Source: Octopus sinensis
Lineage: Eukaryota
Direction: 5' to 3'
DNA length: 64,000 bases
Assembly: GCF_006345805.1 (NCBI RefSeq)
Contig: NC_043004.1
Span: 25,420,001-25,484,000, forward strand
Part shown: in pieces, positions 27,601 through 42,800 of the stretch
Layout of the letters: every line of letters starts with the position of its first letter
Position numbering within the stretch: the stretch's first letter is position 1
Notes under the pieces: generated by a model
What the model saw: the letters and a program-made list of their open reading frames with translations, nothing else
Told to the model about the DNA's origin: nothing
The model's database searches: none
Program-made: the position numbers and the translations under genes

Positions 27601-30600
27601 GGACTGACCATCATCAAGTGTGTGGAAAAATAGATTTTTCGATAATGCTTAAAAATCGACAGTCTGGTCCTAAGGTACCCAAAAAGCTAAATGATGCAAA
27701 CTTTAAATCATCAAGCAACTTGCAAAGATTCCACGATACTATAGAAAGTATCAATCTTGACCCAAACAATCTATGGGAAGATTTCAAAATAAAAGTACTT
27801 CAGGCTGCATGTTCATCAGTGGGATTTAAATCACATAAGTCCAGTGACTGGTTTTCAGATAGATCAGCAGAAATTCATGATCTACTTTTAGAAAAACAAA
27901 ACTTAGGCAACACACTTCTTTCTTAGTCCTTGAACCCCAACTCAAACGAGGCTTACAGAAAGCTGAAAGGGAAAGTGTAGACTGCTCTAAGGAAAATTAA
28001 ACAGGAATGGTGGAATATTAGAGCAAAAGGTACACAAGAAGCAGCTGACAGAAATGATGCCAAGGGTTTGGACTCTTATCTTAAGGAGGTATATGGCCCA
28101 AAATAGCTCCAGTGAGAACAGCAAATGGGTGTTTTCTTCTGACTGACACCACTTCAATTCATAAGCGTTGGGTAAAACATTTTTCTGCACCTTTAACAGA
28201 CCATCATCCGTTGACATGAGGACAATAGAAAAAATTGAACACCTTCCAGTTATAAAAGAGATGGCATTTGAACCAACTCTAAATGACACTTATTTAGCTG
28301 TGAATAAGCTGAATAACAATAAGTCTCCAGGGTCTGATGGAATCTGTGCAGAAGTCTTGAAATATGGAGGTGATAAAATGTTTGAACTCTTAAATATATT
28401 AATTTGTCACTGTTGGAGAAACTGAGAAGGTGCCTCAAGACTAGATTGATGCCATTTTAGTCTCCTTGTATAAATCAGGGCTAAAGGATCTCTGTGGTAA
28501 TTTTCGTGGGACTTTGCTCTTGTCTGTGGTTGGAAAGGTACTTGCCCACATTTTGTTAGAACATTTAAATACTCTTATAGTTCCAAATATGGTATCTGAG
28601 TCTCAGTGTGGTTTTCGTTCCGCCAGGAATTGTATCTTTACTGTCAGACAATTACAAGAAAAGTGCATTGAACAGAATCTTGCTCTATACCATTGCTTTG
28701 TTGATTTGAGCAAAGCATTCAATACTATTAATCGAAATGCTCTGTGGCTAATTCTAAGGAAAATAGGTTGCCCAGAAAAATTTGTAAACATGATCAGGGC
28801 TTTACATCAAGATATGATAGCTAAAGTTAATTTTGGTGTTAGGCTCTCAGAATTTGCTGTGGAAAATGGAGTAAAGTAAGGAGACCTTTGCTGTTGTGTT
28901 GTCACATGCTTTTCAAAACTCTGAGTAGGGTATTTGCATAAAATATCAAACAACAGGGAATGTTTTAATCTGAGCAGACTGAAATTCAAAATGAAGGTTT
29001 TTATTTCACTCATTAGGGAACTTTTGTACACTGACGATTGTGATCTTGTCAGTCATTCTGAAACAAATCTGCAATCTCTTGTATCTGCATTTGACTCAGC
29101 TTGTGATAATTTTGGCTTGACCATCGACTTGAAAAAACAATTGTAATGCATCAACCTGCATGTGGTGCTGTTTGTAACCCCACTAAAATTTTTGTTACAG
29201 TTAAGTTACTTGAGGTTGTCAATTTGTTCAACTACCTTGGAAACTCTGTTCAAAATTATGGAAATCTTGATAAAGAAATACAGCTGTGAATTCAAAGGGC
29301 AGAAAAAACATTTGGTGGCTTGGAGTCATGCATTTGGTGTTGGCGACATATAAATAAGAATACAAAGCTGGCTCTTTACAAATCATTGTCTTACCGTTCT
29401 TGTTGTATTCCTGTGAAACTTGGAATTGTTATGGAAGGCATTTTAAATTGTTAGAACAATTCCACCAAAAATGCCTTCATCGCATTTTAAAAATTAAATG
29501 GAGTTCTTTTACTCTAAACACAGATGTCCTTGCATCTGCATGCACCACCTCAATTAAAGCTATGATTTTAAGGAACCAATTGAGATGGTATGGCCATATT
29601 GTTTGAATGGCAGATGAACAGCTGGCAGAGGGGAAATGCTATCGGTGTAAACCTAAAAACAGGTTCAAGGACGGCATAAGGACTACTATGAAGTCACTTG
29701 AAATGGTTCCAGAAGATATAGAAACCCTTGCTTCAGATCAAGTTGGATGGCGAACAAAGGTGTGCAGTGGAAGCATTTGAAGAAGCCAGGATAATGCAAG
29801 TAAGACTCAAAAGAAGATCTAAGGAAGAATGTAACCCATACCATGCTGGTATGGGTTGGACAGTTTGACTGGGGACTGACAAGCCAAGAGGCCTCACTAG
29901 GCTCCAATCTGATCTGGCAATGTTCTACTACAGGATACCTTTCCTAACGCCAACTACTCCAAGAGTGTAGTGGGTGCTTTTTACGTGCCACTGTCACAGG
30001 AGCCAGTCAGATGGCACTGGCATCGGCCATGTTCGGATGGTGCTTTTTATGTGCTACCGATATAGGAGCCAGTTGGGGCAGTGGGGCTGGCATCAACCAC
30101 GTTATATAGTACATAAACTATATATGTGTGTGTGTATACACACATACGTGCACCCACACACACACCCACACACACACACCTATATATATACTCTTTTACT
30201 TGTTTCAGTCATTTGACTGCGGCCATGCTGGAGCACCGCCTTTAGTCAAGCAAATCAACCCTGGGACTTATTCTTTGGAAGCCCAGTACTTATTCTATCG
30301 GTCTCTTTTGCCGAACCGCTAAGTGACGGGGACGTAAACACACCAGCATCGGTTGTCAAGCAATGCTAGGGGGACAAATACAGACACACAAAAACACACA
30401 CGCATACATATATATATATACATATATCCAACAGGCTTCTTTCAGTTTCCGTCTACCAAATCCACTCACAAGGCATTGGTCGGCCCGGGGCTATAGCAGA
30501 AGACACTTTCCCAAGATGCCACGCAGTGGGACTGAACCTGGAACCATGTGGTTGGTTAGCAAGCTACTTACCACACAGCCACTATTTTTTTTCTAAATAT

Positions 30601-30638
30601 ATATATATATATATAGATAGATAGATAGATAGATAGAT

Positions 30639-30703
<65 letters not shown>

Positions 30704-30831
30704 ATTTACCCATTGGAGGAATTTACAGTCATAGATGTTAAATACTAATCGATGTGGTTAACTGTAACCTGGAACATAACTGATAGCCAGCACACTATCC
30801 ACCCAGATGATATATCCCTCCAAACTCACAG

Positions 30832-30866
<35 letters not shown>

Positions 30867-33800
30867 TTATTTTGAACTGCTACAAGTTCAAAATAACTTT
30901 AAAAATATTCTTCAGTCAGAAGATAAATTCTAATACCTTAATGTTCTTAAAATTCAAATCGACATCTCTGTCTATATATCTACCCTCTTTATAATGTTAT
31001 CAATCAATATGAAAATATGTATTAATGGAAACCCTCTATAAATGGCTGATGGTTGCTCAACATTTTAAAACTGTTGTAATAACTTACAATGTTTAAGTAA
31101 AATGAGGTAGCGTGAAACGATCGTACCAAATTACCGAAGATATTCTTGTTGCTTATTTTGATTATAATCACCCCATGGATTTATATGAATAACACCATGC
31201 AAAATTCTGGTGCATCTAACTTAAGTACCATATTCATTTGAATCTAAATTTTGCTGAACTTATAATATATATATATCATATATCATATATATAATATATA
31301 TATATATATTGGCCTGGTGCAGCCTTCGGGCTTCCCGGACCCCAGTTGAACCGTCCAACCCATGCTAGCATGGAAAGCGGACGTTAAACGATGATGATGA
31401 TGATGACATACGTAAGCAGGCAAACAGCTAGGCAGGCAGGCAAGCAGGCAGGTAGGTAGGTAGGTAGGTAGGTAGGTAGGTAGGTAAGTAGGTAGGTAGG
31501 CACACATATAAACAATATATACATGCACAGTGCTTCAAGGAGTCAGATCAGCTGCAATGGGTGGGTCTTCTCGAGTTTCTTGTATCACCAGAGATTCTGG
31601 TCCTTTGTCATTTCAATTATCAGACTCAGAATCCTGTGGTCAGCCTTCATCATATCACCCTGGGTCTTACTTGTCCACAAGTAACAGCCACATTTAATGA
31701 TCAGCATTTCTTTATATAGCTGTCTTGATCCATACTCATCACATGCTTGTAACTGCACAATCTTATTTCTTGCACATTATATCTGATTCCTCTGTTGCTC
31801 AGTTTTTCTCTCAACTCATTTATACTATGTCATTCTTTCAGTTTCCATCTACCAAACACCTCTCATAAGCCTGTGGCTATATTAGTAGATAGTGCCTAAG
31901 ATGCTGTGCAGTGAAACATAATTTGAACCATGGTTTTGCAATTGTGAGTGTCGTACTCTAACCAATAGGCCACATATTTTCACATACACACATATGTATG
32001 TATATATTTGTGTGTGTGTGTATGTATGCAGATGTACTGATATTTGTATGTATATGTGTGTATGTGGGGGTGGGCTATTTGTTGTGTAACTGTAGTGTAA
32101 ATATTGTTGTGTCTGTTAAGGTGTTTGTGTATGTTATGGCATTCAGTTAATGCAATGGGACTGAAACATTATTTCATTGTTTATAGATTTGCTCTCAACT
32201 CAGCTTGAACAAGGAAGACAGACTATCTGCTGTTGCTGTAGCTTGTTATTTAGCAGAAGAAGGAGCAAATTTTCATCACAAAAACAAAAAAAATAGGACC
32301 CCTCTTGACATCATTTGTAATTCGAATTTAAAAGAGAAACTCAACAGATTTGTGTCCATTCAGTACGTATTCACTAAACATTGGGGCATAACCCAGCAAA
32401 TTGTTTTGTATTTTGTATTTTGTACATTATTACATTTAAGGGAATTAATGAAGCAGTAGCAGTGTTTATTTTAGACACTACAGTGTAATCATGGGAAAAT
32501 AAAATTTAATTAGTTTTAATAAGTTTTAATTGATTTACACATTAAGCAACACCAGTTTGTTCAAGACTGTACTCTTGAATGTATAAAGCACAATTAGCTT
32601 TAATTAGTTTATACTTGGATCAATAGCAAATTTCTTTTTAGTCACTACTGTGTATTTTTGAACAGAGAAAGTTCATTTAATTTTAATTAGTTTAATTAGT
32701 TTACTCATGAAGCAATAACTGTTTGTTTTTGACACTACACTGTACTCAAAGAGATAAAATGTAATTAATTTTACTGTTTACACCTGAAGTGTCAGCTTAA
32801 ATCTCTCTAGAATTACCCACTTGTACACTTTACCAACAAAATTAGACACTGTACTACTGTACAATTTAACATAATACATACTTTTTCACATAATTAACAT
32901 AATTTATTTTTATTTCTATCAATGCTGTTGCTACAAATAACCCTTAAACTAACTCCTACATTTTTACTATAACGACATCACAGAGTTTAGTGATGTTTTC
33001 TTTATTATAACAACACCAATGGAATTAGTTATTGATCTTTTCTGTTTGACTGCACCTGTGGAAATTTCAAAGTTTTTTGAAAATTTTGAAATTTGGTGTA
33101 CTTATGTAATTTTCCATGCTGAATCTTGGGAGATAATTCACTTTTTCCAGAAATTTTTTTAAAAAGTTACAGTGGTTTAAAGTTTGATCATTTTTAGCCT
33201 GTTAGAAAATAGGATTTGGAAGCTGTCATTTTGTGCATGACTGTACGTGTTGTCAACTGTAAACAAATGAAACATTAACGGAATTCTGCGTCACACATAC
33301 CATATAACCCCTCATAACTTTTATTTTTGGGAATTTTCAGAAAATTTTTGCAAATTTGTATTCTAATCAAGGAAATTCATATGATAATGCAAAACCAAAT
33401 AGAAATTTTGTGCATGATTTAAGGCCTATTTAGCTGTTATTTTTAGCACATCTCACACCGCATGTATTTTAAGCATTTAATAAGTAACAAAAAGAATGCA
33501 TGGTTAGCAGCTCATTGACAGTTTGGCTTCTTACTATGGAAACAAGCAACTATATGTCTGGCTTTCGAATTGGCTAAAATAACCCAAAATTTGGCAATTT
33601 TAAAAGCTATTAACTCTTTAGTTAATGATTTATGGGGAAATTGAATTTCATGTCAATGATTACTTTACAAAACTACACCCACTTACCAAACATTCATATT
33701 TGGAACAAAAAATAGAAACTGAAAAGTGGCAGCCAAGCAGAAAAGATCCTTAGATATATTTTTCTTCCTTATAACAACAGCTGTGGGATTAATTATGTTG

Positions 33801-36800
33801 TCTTCACTTTAACAACATCACAGGAATTAGTTATATCTTCTTCAAGGTAACAATGGCAGTGGGATTAATTATATCTTCTTTACAATAACAGTATCACAGG
33901 GATTAGCTATGCCTTTTGTTACTGTAACATCAATGGATTCCTTCTTAAAGGGTTAATAATGTTACTTAATGATGTTTTTACAAAAGATGTTTAATGTGAA
34001 TATTATAATAATATTGTCTGTAATCTGCTTGATACTTGTAATGTTTTTGGTATTTTTATTTGATAGTCTGCAATGCTTATTGTGCAAAGATAACCAGGCC
34101 ACTGTAAAATTCTATCCATGCAAACATACAGTGACATGTTCAAATTGCTATTCCAAAAAGAAGCTTAAAAAATGTATCCGGTGCCAACAACCTATAACCA
34201 ACAAGAGCGGATTTGGTAAGAAATTCTTCGATAATCTGTCCGTTTGTCTCATCAATTTGTGCTGAGGCTACGTATTTTTATGATGTTATTGTTGTTGTTT
34301 AACCTCAGCTCAATTCTGACTTAGCAGTCTTATGATAAAAAGTTTTCCAGGTGTGAGTACCCTGTCTTTTCTCACTATCTATCACTATATCCACTACACA
34401 TTGTCTTCATCCAAATAGAAGACTTGTGTCACTTGAAGAGAGTACTGTCTATTAGTCTTATCTAATAAACAACATTGTAAGATAAGTGGTGGCTAACAGG
34501 AATATCAATAAATCTCCAGTTCTGACAGTAAACGTCTATTTTTAACACTCAACTGTGAGGCATTAGAGGTGGATAATGATTTAACAATATCTTGGGAATC
34601 TGATACTTAAAGTCAAAGGTAATTACTATTTTCAAAGTTTCGGCTTTGGTAAAACAGGAGATTCAATCACAAAATTTCAACTGCTAATTTAAAGACCAAT
34701 ATTAGAGACTAAATGTTAACTCAGTTGTGAATGTTTGTAATCATTAAAAGGTGATATGGATAATTGAAATTGTCTGTGTGTCTGTGAATATTGGCAATTG
34801 ATTAAAAGTGACTTGGATGATTACTGTATCGTGGCTGTCATTGGCTGTTCAAGTGCATGTTATTAAATGGAAAAACAGTTAGTATGAATCACTGTAAGAC
34901 ATTTTCGTGTATAAATATATTGTTTATTTTGTGTTCACCTTTTGTGGTCGATGCATGTAGTATGTTACAAAAACATGTGTGTTTACATACAAAGAAAGTT
35001 TTGATGTTTGCTTTTGCACTGAAAGAAGTAACATATGATATTTGTATTACTATATGTATGCATGTGTGTAATGGGAACAGTCATTTTGAGAATGTGTGTG
35101 TGATAAAATATCATTGTTTATGAACCGTATATCTTGTATCAAGGTGAATAGACATGTGAGTCACATGTAGGAAACTTGCACGTGGAGCTACAGAGAAGAC
35201 ATGTGTCTTTGAGTGAAATCTGGCAGGAACTGGTTGCCATGTAGCTCAGAATGAGGCTAGTGTCTCAGAACGAGGCTACTGTATCAAAGCGAGGCTAGTG
35301 TATCAAAGTGAGGCGAGATGCCTCATCAATGTATTCGCCTACTCACATGTTACTATGTAATATGTAGCTCTGCTGCATAGCCTCCTGCTAGACTTGAAAG
35401 AGTCAAAAAAAAGTAGAGATGGCATATGTAAATATGCAGTGCAAAAAGCAGGTAAGGACATGGAATACAAACATAAGGATGCAATACAATAAAAAATGTG
35501 CAACTGAAATGAAAAGGCAAAGCATGGTTAGAGTAAATAGAATATGAACACAAAGAAATAAGCAAATTTTTCAAGTCGATTAGGTAAAGTTCGAAGGAAT
35601 ACTGTGAAGAACAAAACTGCAATGTTGGTGATACATGTTGAAAAGCTTTTGCTAAGTTCACTAATAGTTCATTATAGTTCAGATGTGTATAGTTTTAAAT
35701 AGTTTGGTGGGTCAATGTACATGGTGACCACTATGAGTAGTAGTGATGTATGTAAATAGAGGAGGGGTTGGTGTGTGTGATGGTGTTGGTGGTTGTTGCA
35801 GTGGAGTAGCATTTGTTTTATGTTGTACTGTGAATGTGGGAGGTGTATGAGGTGGTATTGTGTATGCCCGCTTAAGCCTGTCTATTGAGACAGTTTCCTT
35901 TTTACCATTAATGTCTATAGTATATAGTTTGTCTGTGTGTGACAGGACGCAATAGGGTCCCATGTATGGAGGTGTGAGAGGGGTTTTCACAGCGTCTTTT
36001 CATAGAAACACATGGGTCCAAGAATCAATGTCTTTTGGAACTGATGATTTAGTGGTTTGGTGTTGTGTTGACATGGGTGACAGTTCTTGCATGTATTTGC
36101 AAAGTCTGTGTATGTACATAGTGGGGTCTTGTGTGGACAGATCCACTGGGGCCATCATCTGACCTGGCAATGAAAGAGGTGAGCTATAAACAAGTTCTGC
36201 TGGGGAATAAACGAGATGCTCCTTTATTGAGGCTCGACAGCCAAGGAGGACTATTGGAAGATATTTGCTCCAACGCTGCTGATCTGGGTAAGCATGCGAA
36301 GCAGCTTTCATTTGACAGTGGGATCATTCCACCATACCGTTGAATTGTGGATGGTTACTGGTGGTTCGAATCCAATGTGCGCCTATGGTCTTCGTGAGCT
36401 CATGGAAGAGTTGTGATTCAAACTGTTTTCCACGGTCAGTAGTGATGGTGGTATGGAATCCGTACCGTGATATCCATCCTGTAAGAAAAGCTTTGGCAAC
36501 AGATTCTGCAGTGATATCTACTAAAGGAATAGCTTCTGGCCAACGTGTGAAACAATCAATGCAGGTGAGCAGGTAGGTATATCCCTGGCTGACTGGTCAA
36601 GGTCCGACAAGGTCGATGTGTACATGGTTGAAATGCACATCTAGTGTGTTGAATGTGCCAAGGGGTGCACGGACGTGCCTATGCACCTTTGACAGAAAAG
36701 GCAGGAGCGTGACCAAGCAGTGATGTCTCATCTCATATTTGGTCAAAAGAATCTAGCCAAAATGAGTTTCACTGTGGCAGAGTTTCACTGTAGGTCTCCG

Positions 36801-39800
36801 GAATGAAAGGACAAGAAGAATTCATGGAAGTACTGCACAAAATTTGTGCATCAGATGTGGGTACTAGAAAGTACTTGAAGTTGCATGTGGCAAAGGCGGG
36901 TGAGGACATATCAATTGTCTCTAAGCGAGGTTGATCTTTAGCCAGAAGATGCAGGTCGATGTCTGTTGGTGACAACAGCGAATTCAGTGGTAGGCGTGAT
37001 AAGGCATCTGCTGCAGTGTTATATACACCAGAGATATGGCAAATGTCAGAGGTAAATTGAGAAATGAAATCCAAATGTCTGGTTACCCACAGAGAGTAAT
37101 TGTCAGGCTTCAAGCACAGGGCAAAGGTGAGTGGAATGTAGTTGGTAAAAATTGTGAATTGGCGTCCCTCGAGTGTGTGCTGTAAGTGTTTGACTGTTAA
37201 ATACATAGCTAACAGCTCCTGTATGAAAGTGCTGTAGTGAGTTTCGGCTGGTTTAAGCTGCCGAGAGAAAAAGGCAAGAGGCTGGAGTTGTTGCTGGTGA
37301 AATTGTTGTAACATTATGCCTATGCCTATGGCAGTGTTGGAAGCATCCACTACAAAGGTTAGCTGAGCGTCTGCGACAGGGTGAGCAAGAAGCGATGCCT
37401 GAGTGAGTTGCTGCTTTGCTGTGTTGAAGGAGTCAAGTTGGGTGGAGTCCAATGCTACTGGCTCATCCCTATTTTCCTATTCTGAAGAAGTGTGTTTAGC
37501 GGATATAGGATTTCAGCTGAATGCAGAACAAAGTGCCAGTAGAAGTTAAATAGTCCCAAGAAATGTTGAACTGACATAACGATATGGGTGGAAGCAACTT
37601 GTCAGACAGTGGTGATATGCCTTTGGGGCTGATGATGTGACCTAGGAAGGTCAAAGAAGATGCAGCGAAAATACATTTGGTAGGGTTGATCCACACTTGG
37701 TAAGTCTTGAACCACTCGAACAGCTGACAACCATGATGGCGATGTCCCTCAGTTGAGGCGCTAGCTATCACGATGTCGTCGATGTATGCATAGACGAAGT
37801 CTAAGTCTCAGACGACTTCACCTATGAACCTTTGAAATGTGCTGGCTGAATTCCATAAACCAAATGACATAGTTAGGAATTCGAAGGTGCCAAAAGGAGT
37901 GGTTATGGCAGTCTTTGGAATATCCTCTGGATTCCCAGTCCAGTTTGGTTAATATTGGGTAAGGTAGATCTGCAACTGTAAAAATTTACCTGAAGTCATA
38001 TCGTAGATCTAAATCCAACAAACGAGATATCTGGAATTGGTGAATGGTTCACCACCTGTAGAGTCACTGGTGATAATAGTGGTTTATCCGTGAGGAGTTT
38101 TAATGGCCAGATACTGCAGGCAGCACCTTTATCTACAAGACAGCAGGCATGGGATATCTGGTCTGTTATGAAAAATGCACAGTTGGCCGCTGGCTGCTGC
38201 AGAGAATGCACTGAGCTCAATTCTTTGGCTGGTTGTTTCCCTGATGAGAAGAAGTACAGGGTCGGGTACATTTATGTGCTGAAGCTCCAAACTTGGCATG
38301 GTACCAGCACATGGATAAATGAGCAGAGGATGAGCGACGGTGAGGTGAGAAGGAGCAATCAAAAGAATGCTGTCTGGGTTAACTTGACCTGGAAGTGCGA
38401 AGGAGCTGCACTTTTCTTGTTAATTCAGCTATCACCTTTAGGATAGCAGCTGAGGCAAGGTCCTTATCTGTGGAAACGGATGCTACTGGTGGGTGTGCAG
38501 ATGCATCTGGTGGTACTGGGGTTGGCTTGGTGGTGCTGCTGGTATATTCTCTGATTCTGTCGGCAGTGGAGGCGATTTGCTCATGGTTAGGTTGGCTTGG
38601 ACGTCAGAGAACAACTGGGAAAAAAATAGTCGTTTTAATAAAGCACTATTAGTAGGTGCATTTTGGGCCAATTCCTTTATGCGGTGCAGAAGTTGCGAGG
38701 GTTTACAGTCACCCAAGTGCTCGTCATTGATGAGGGTTTGAAATCTTTCTTCTAACAAGGACATGCATCAAAGAATCTCCTGTTTAATGCTCCTATATGT
38801 GGCATCATGTGGGGGTTCAGTTATCAGGTCCCTCCTGGTCAGAAACAGTGGTATTGCACCAAGTAATATATGGAGCTGTTGGGCTTCAGAGGCAATATTG
38901 TTCGCAGGAAATGTCAATTTGATCTGTGTAAACCACACTTTCACATCACCCATGAAACAAGATAAGGAACCGTTATTCATGGTGAGATGTAACAGAAAGA
39001 TATCAATTACTGGGAATATAGTTATGGTGTTGCTGTGAATGTAAATAATTGGTAAAAGGTGGTATAGATAATTACAGCTTTATGTGTGGCTATGAATAAT
39101 GGTAACTGGTAAAAGATGGCTGACATAATTACCATTTTGAGTTTGACTGTGAATGTTTGTAATTGGTAAAATATATCATGAATTATTGAATTAGGGGTTT
39201 GGATTTGGATGTGGATGTGAATATTAGTAATAGGTAAAAAAAAACGACATGGATAATTACGATATTTTACAATCGTTGCTAATTTTACGATATGGTTGTT
39301 AATGGTTACGATATTTTACAATGGTTGCTAATTTATTGCTGATGAAGAGCTCAAATGGTTGCAGTAGTTTGGTATGAAATGTTGTTTATAATTGAGATTT
39401 GTATCCTGACTGTCTCATTTCAAGATAGCATCTCCAATATTATATAAAAAGAAGAAAAGGAAATATTCTTTATTCTTTTACTTGTTTCAGTCATTTGACT
39501 GCAGCCATGCTGGAACACTGCCTTAAAGGGGTTTAACTGAAGAAATCAATCCCAGGAATTATTCTTTGAAAGCCCAGTACTTATTCTATCGGTCTCTTTT
39601 GCCGAACACTAAGTTATAGGAACATAAACACATCAGCAACAGTTGCCAAGTGGTGGCAAGGAGACAAGCACAGATACATGCACACACATATATACAATGG
39701 ACTTCTTTCAGTTTCCATCTACCAAATCCACTCAAAGCTTTGGTTGGCCTGAGGCTTTAGTAGAAGACATTTGCCCAAGGTGCCATGCAGTGGGATTGAA

Positions 39801-42800
39801 CCTGGAACCATGTGATTGGGAAGCAAGCTTCTTCTACACGGCCCTGCTCAATCTGTAGAAAAGGCATAGGAAGAAACCCCATAAGACATACCCAGTGTAA
39901 GCTATGAACACATAAGAGGTGCAACAATATCAGGGGAAGGTTAACAGGGAAAATAGTTTTTGTGTGTGGAATGTGCACAAGTACAATAATCACTAAAAAT
40001 GTTCAGAAAATAGACTCCCTCCAAAGCTAGGGGAGAAATCTAGAAGTAGTTGATAACTTCCATTAGCTAGGTGACCAAGACAGTAGTGGAGGTAGATGCT
40101 CCAAGAGCATAGCTGTGAGAATGAAAATAGGCTAGGCAAAGTTCAGAGAGTTCCTACCTCTGTTAGTAACAAAGGGTCTCTCCCTCAGAAGGAAAGATGG
40201 ACTGTATGATGCCTGTGTGTGAACAACCATGCTACATGGCAATAAAACATGGGCTGTAACCACTGAGGACATGCATAGGCATTAAAGAAATTAAGCTAGT
40301 ATGCTTTGCTGGATGTGCAATGTCAGTGTGCATGTATGGCAGTGTTAGCATCTTGAGAGAAAAGATGGGCACAAGAGGGATCATTTATGCTGAGTTGGGA
40401 AATTAGAGTTTAGAATTTTAAAGAAAAGTTTAGGTAAGGATTTAACTTGGAGAGAGAAAGGTGGCTGTCAGACTTGTAACACCATACCCCTTTAATTTTC
40501 TTTGTTGTTTCTACTCTGTGTAAATTTGCTCTGTTAACATATACATATCTACTTGAATATTCATTGTCTGAAGATTTTCAGTCTTTGTTTTCTCTCTATT
40601 TACTTGTATACATGTACATATATTTTGTATATCAGACCCGAGCAGTTTTATTTCTTTATTTGCATCATTGTCTCCATATCTGCTCACCTAGATTCATCTT
40701 ATAGTCACTCTTTACCCCAACAGACTTGGTCCCACATAAAGAGATCAGAGTGTAGGTTCAAATCATTTGAGCACTACTAAGTGCTTTCTATATTTATAAT
40801 CTCTGGATCTCATCTGGTGATCTGGTGAATCTATATATGCCTGTGTGTGCGTGTGTGTGTGTGTATGTATGTGCATATGTATACATATAGTATTGCAATA
40901 TATCAAGAAATGTGGTATTGTGCTGCCTACAGGCCCCAATTAAGTAGGTATAATTCAATAACTTTCTTAGTCTTGTGCACTTGGAGTGTACCTTGCTTTG
41001 GAATTCAGAAGATGATTATAGTGAAAGACAGAGGTGAGAGAACACTATTATGTTGTAGATTTAGCACAGATAACAGAAACGAAAGGCAAAGAAAGAAAAC
41101 TAAAGTCTAATTGGCGAATAGTTAAATGAGATAATTGCATCATTGTAAAATCATGTAGGCATCTTAATTCACAGCAGACATTTAGAAGGGCAAGTGTATT
41201 TTGTTTTGATCCTAAATATTCAGCTATTACATGGTACCAGTATAGAAAGTATAAAAATGTTGACCAAAACCAGTTGATTTGATAATAAGAACATCATACA
41301 ACAATAAAATATGGATTCTTTTCTTTTCTACTCTAGGCACAAAATTTTTGGGGAGTGGGCTAGTCAATTAGATCGACACCAGTACACAAATTTATTGACC
41401 CCGAAAGGATGAAAGGCAAAGTCAACCTCAGCGGAATTTGAACTCAGAATGTAAAGACAGACAAAATACCGCTAAGCATTTCACCCGGCATGCTAACATT
41501 TCTGCCAGCTCGCCGGCTTCAATAAAATATAGATTATATAAATAGAAAAGCTTTACTATAAAGGGTAAAATATGAACTTATTTTGTTTTCAGAGTGTCAA
41601 AAACTTGAAGAACAAGACCTCATGAAGATTAGTTATCTGTTGGGAAGTAAATGGTGGCAAGCAGGTGCGTATAAAATAACTTTACCAAATTGATTTCTAT
41701 AAATCATCATCATCATCGTTTAACGTCTGCTTTCCATGCTAGCATGGGTTGGACGGTTCAACTGGGGTCTGGGAAGCCCGAAGGCTGCACCAGGCCAGTC
41801 ATATCTGGTGGTGTTTCTACAGCTGGATGCCCTTCCTAATGCCAACCACTCCATGAGTGTAGTGGGTGCTCTTTATGTGCCACCGACACAGGTGCCAGAC
41901 GAGGCTGGCGAACAGCCACGCTCGGATGGTGCTTTTTACGTGCCACCAACACAGGTGCCTTTTAACTGAAAATTTATCTGAAAATCTGTGTATATTACTC
42001 ATATTTGATTAAACATTTACCAAATTTAACATAGTGGTAAGGACAAATGGCACAATAAATTAAATATTGTTTCTTGGAGTAAGAAACAAAAATATCTCAT
42101 TCTGTAGGGGCAATGGTTTTGTTTGTGTTTCTTTTTTTATTACATTTACTGATAGAGGTTGGAGGATGGTGGAATTTAACCTTGTTTTGATAGTATTATA
42201 TGCTTTCAGAGATATTCTTTTCTAAATATGCCTGTCTAACTAATTAGAACTTGATACTGTCAGTCAACCCCTCTCAATTATCACTATGACATGTATGGTC
42301 AAATTTTGGGTAGAAATCAAAGATCAATGACATGTACGATCAAAGTCACTGTCACCTGACTATCCATCTGGTTAAGGACTATACTTTCACTGACATGCTT
42401 GTGGTGCAATGTTGTAGTTTTGACATGTTGCTATATCTCCATTGTCCAGTTTCCATCTAGGTGAGGATGACACTTCACTGACAAGTCGTGGTTATTTGTA
42501 AATGGTGTAATGTTGCAGTCTACATATGTTGTTGTCTCCCAATTATCCGGTCTAGTTGAAGATCATACTTAAATGACATGCACTGGTTAACTGTGAGTGT
42601 GGTGCAACATTACTGTCTAGACACACCATGTCTCTCCATTGTTCAGTTTCCATCTAGTTGAGAACTACTACACTTTACTGACATGCAATGGTTAATTTAT
42701 GTGGTGCAGTGTTGTAAACAAGATATGTTGTAGTCTTTCCACTGTCCAGTCTAGGTGAGGACTACACTTCGCTGACATGTGGTGGTTAATTGTATATTGA

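Noticed and set aside
39338-39385. CTGATGA motif (similar motifs at ~24014 and ~38241)
   Set aside because: No matching stems or GAAA/NUH arrangement.
42362-42795. CRISPR-like periodicity
   Set aside because: Whole units are homologous with no unique spacers; no cas genes; eukaryotic context.
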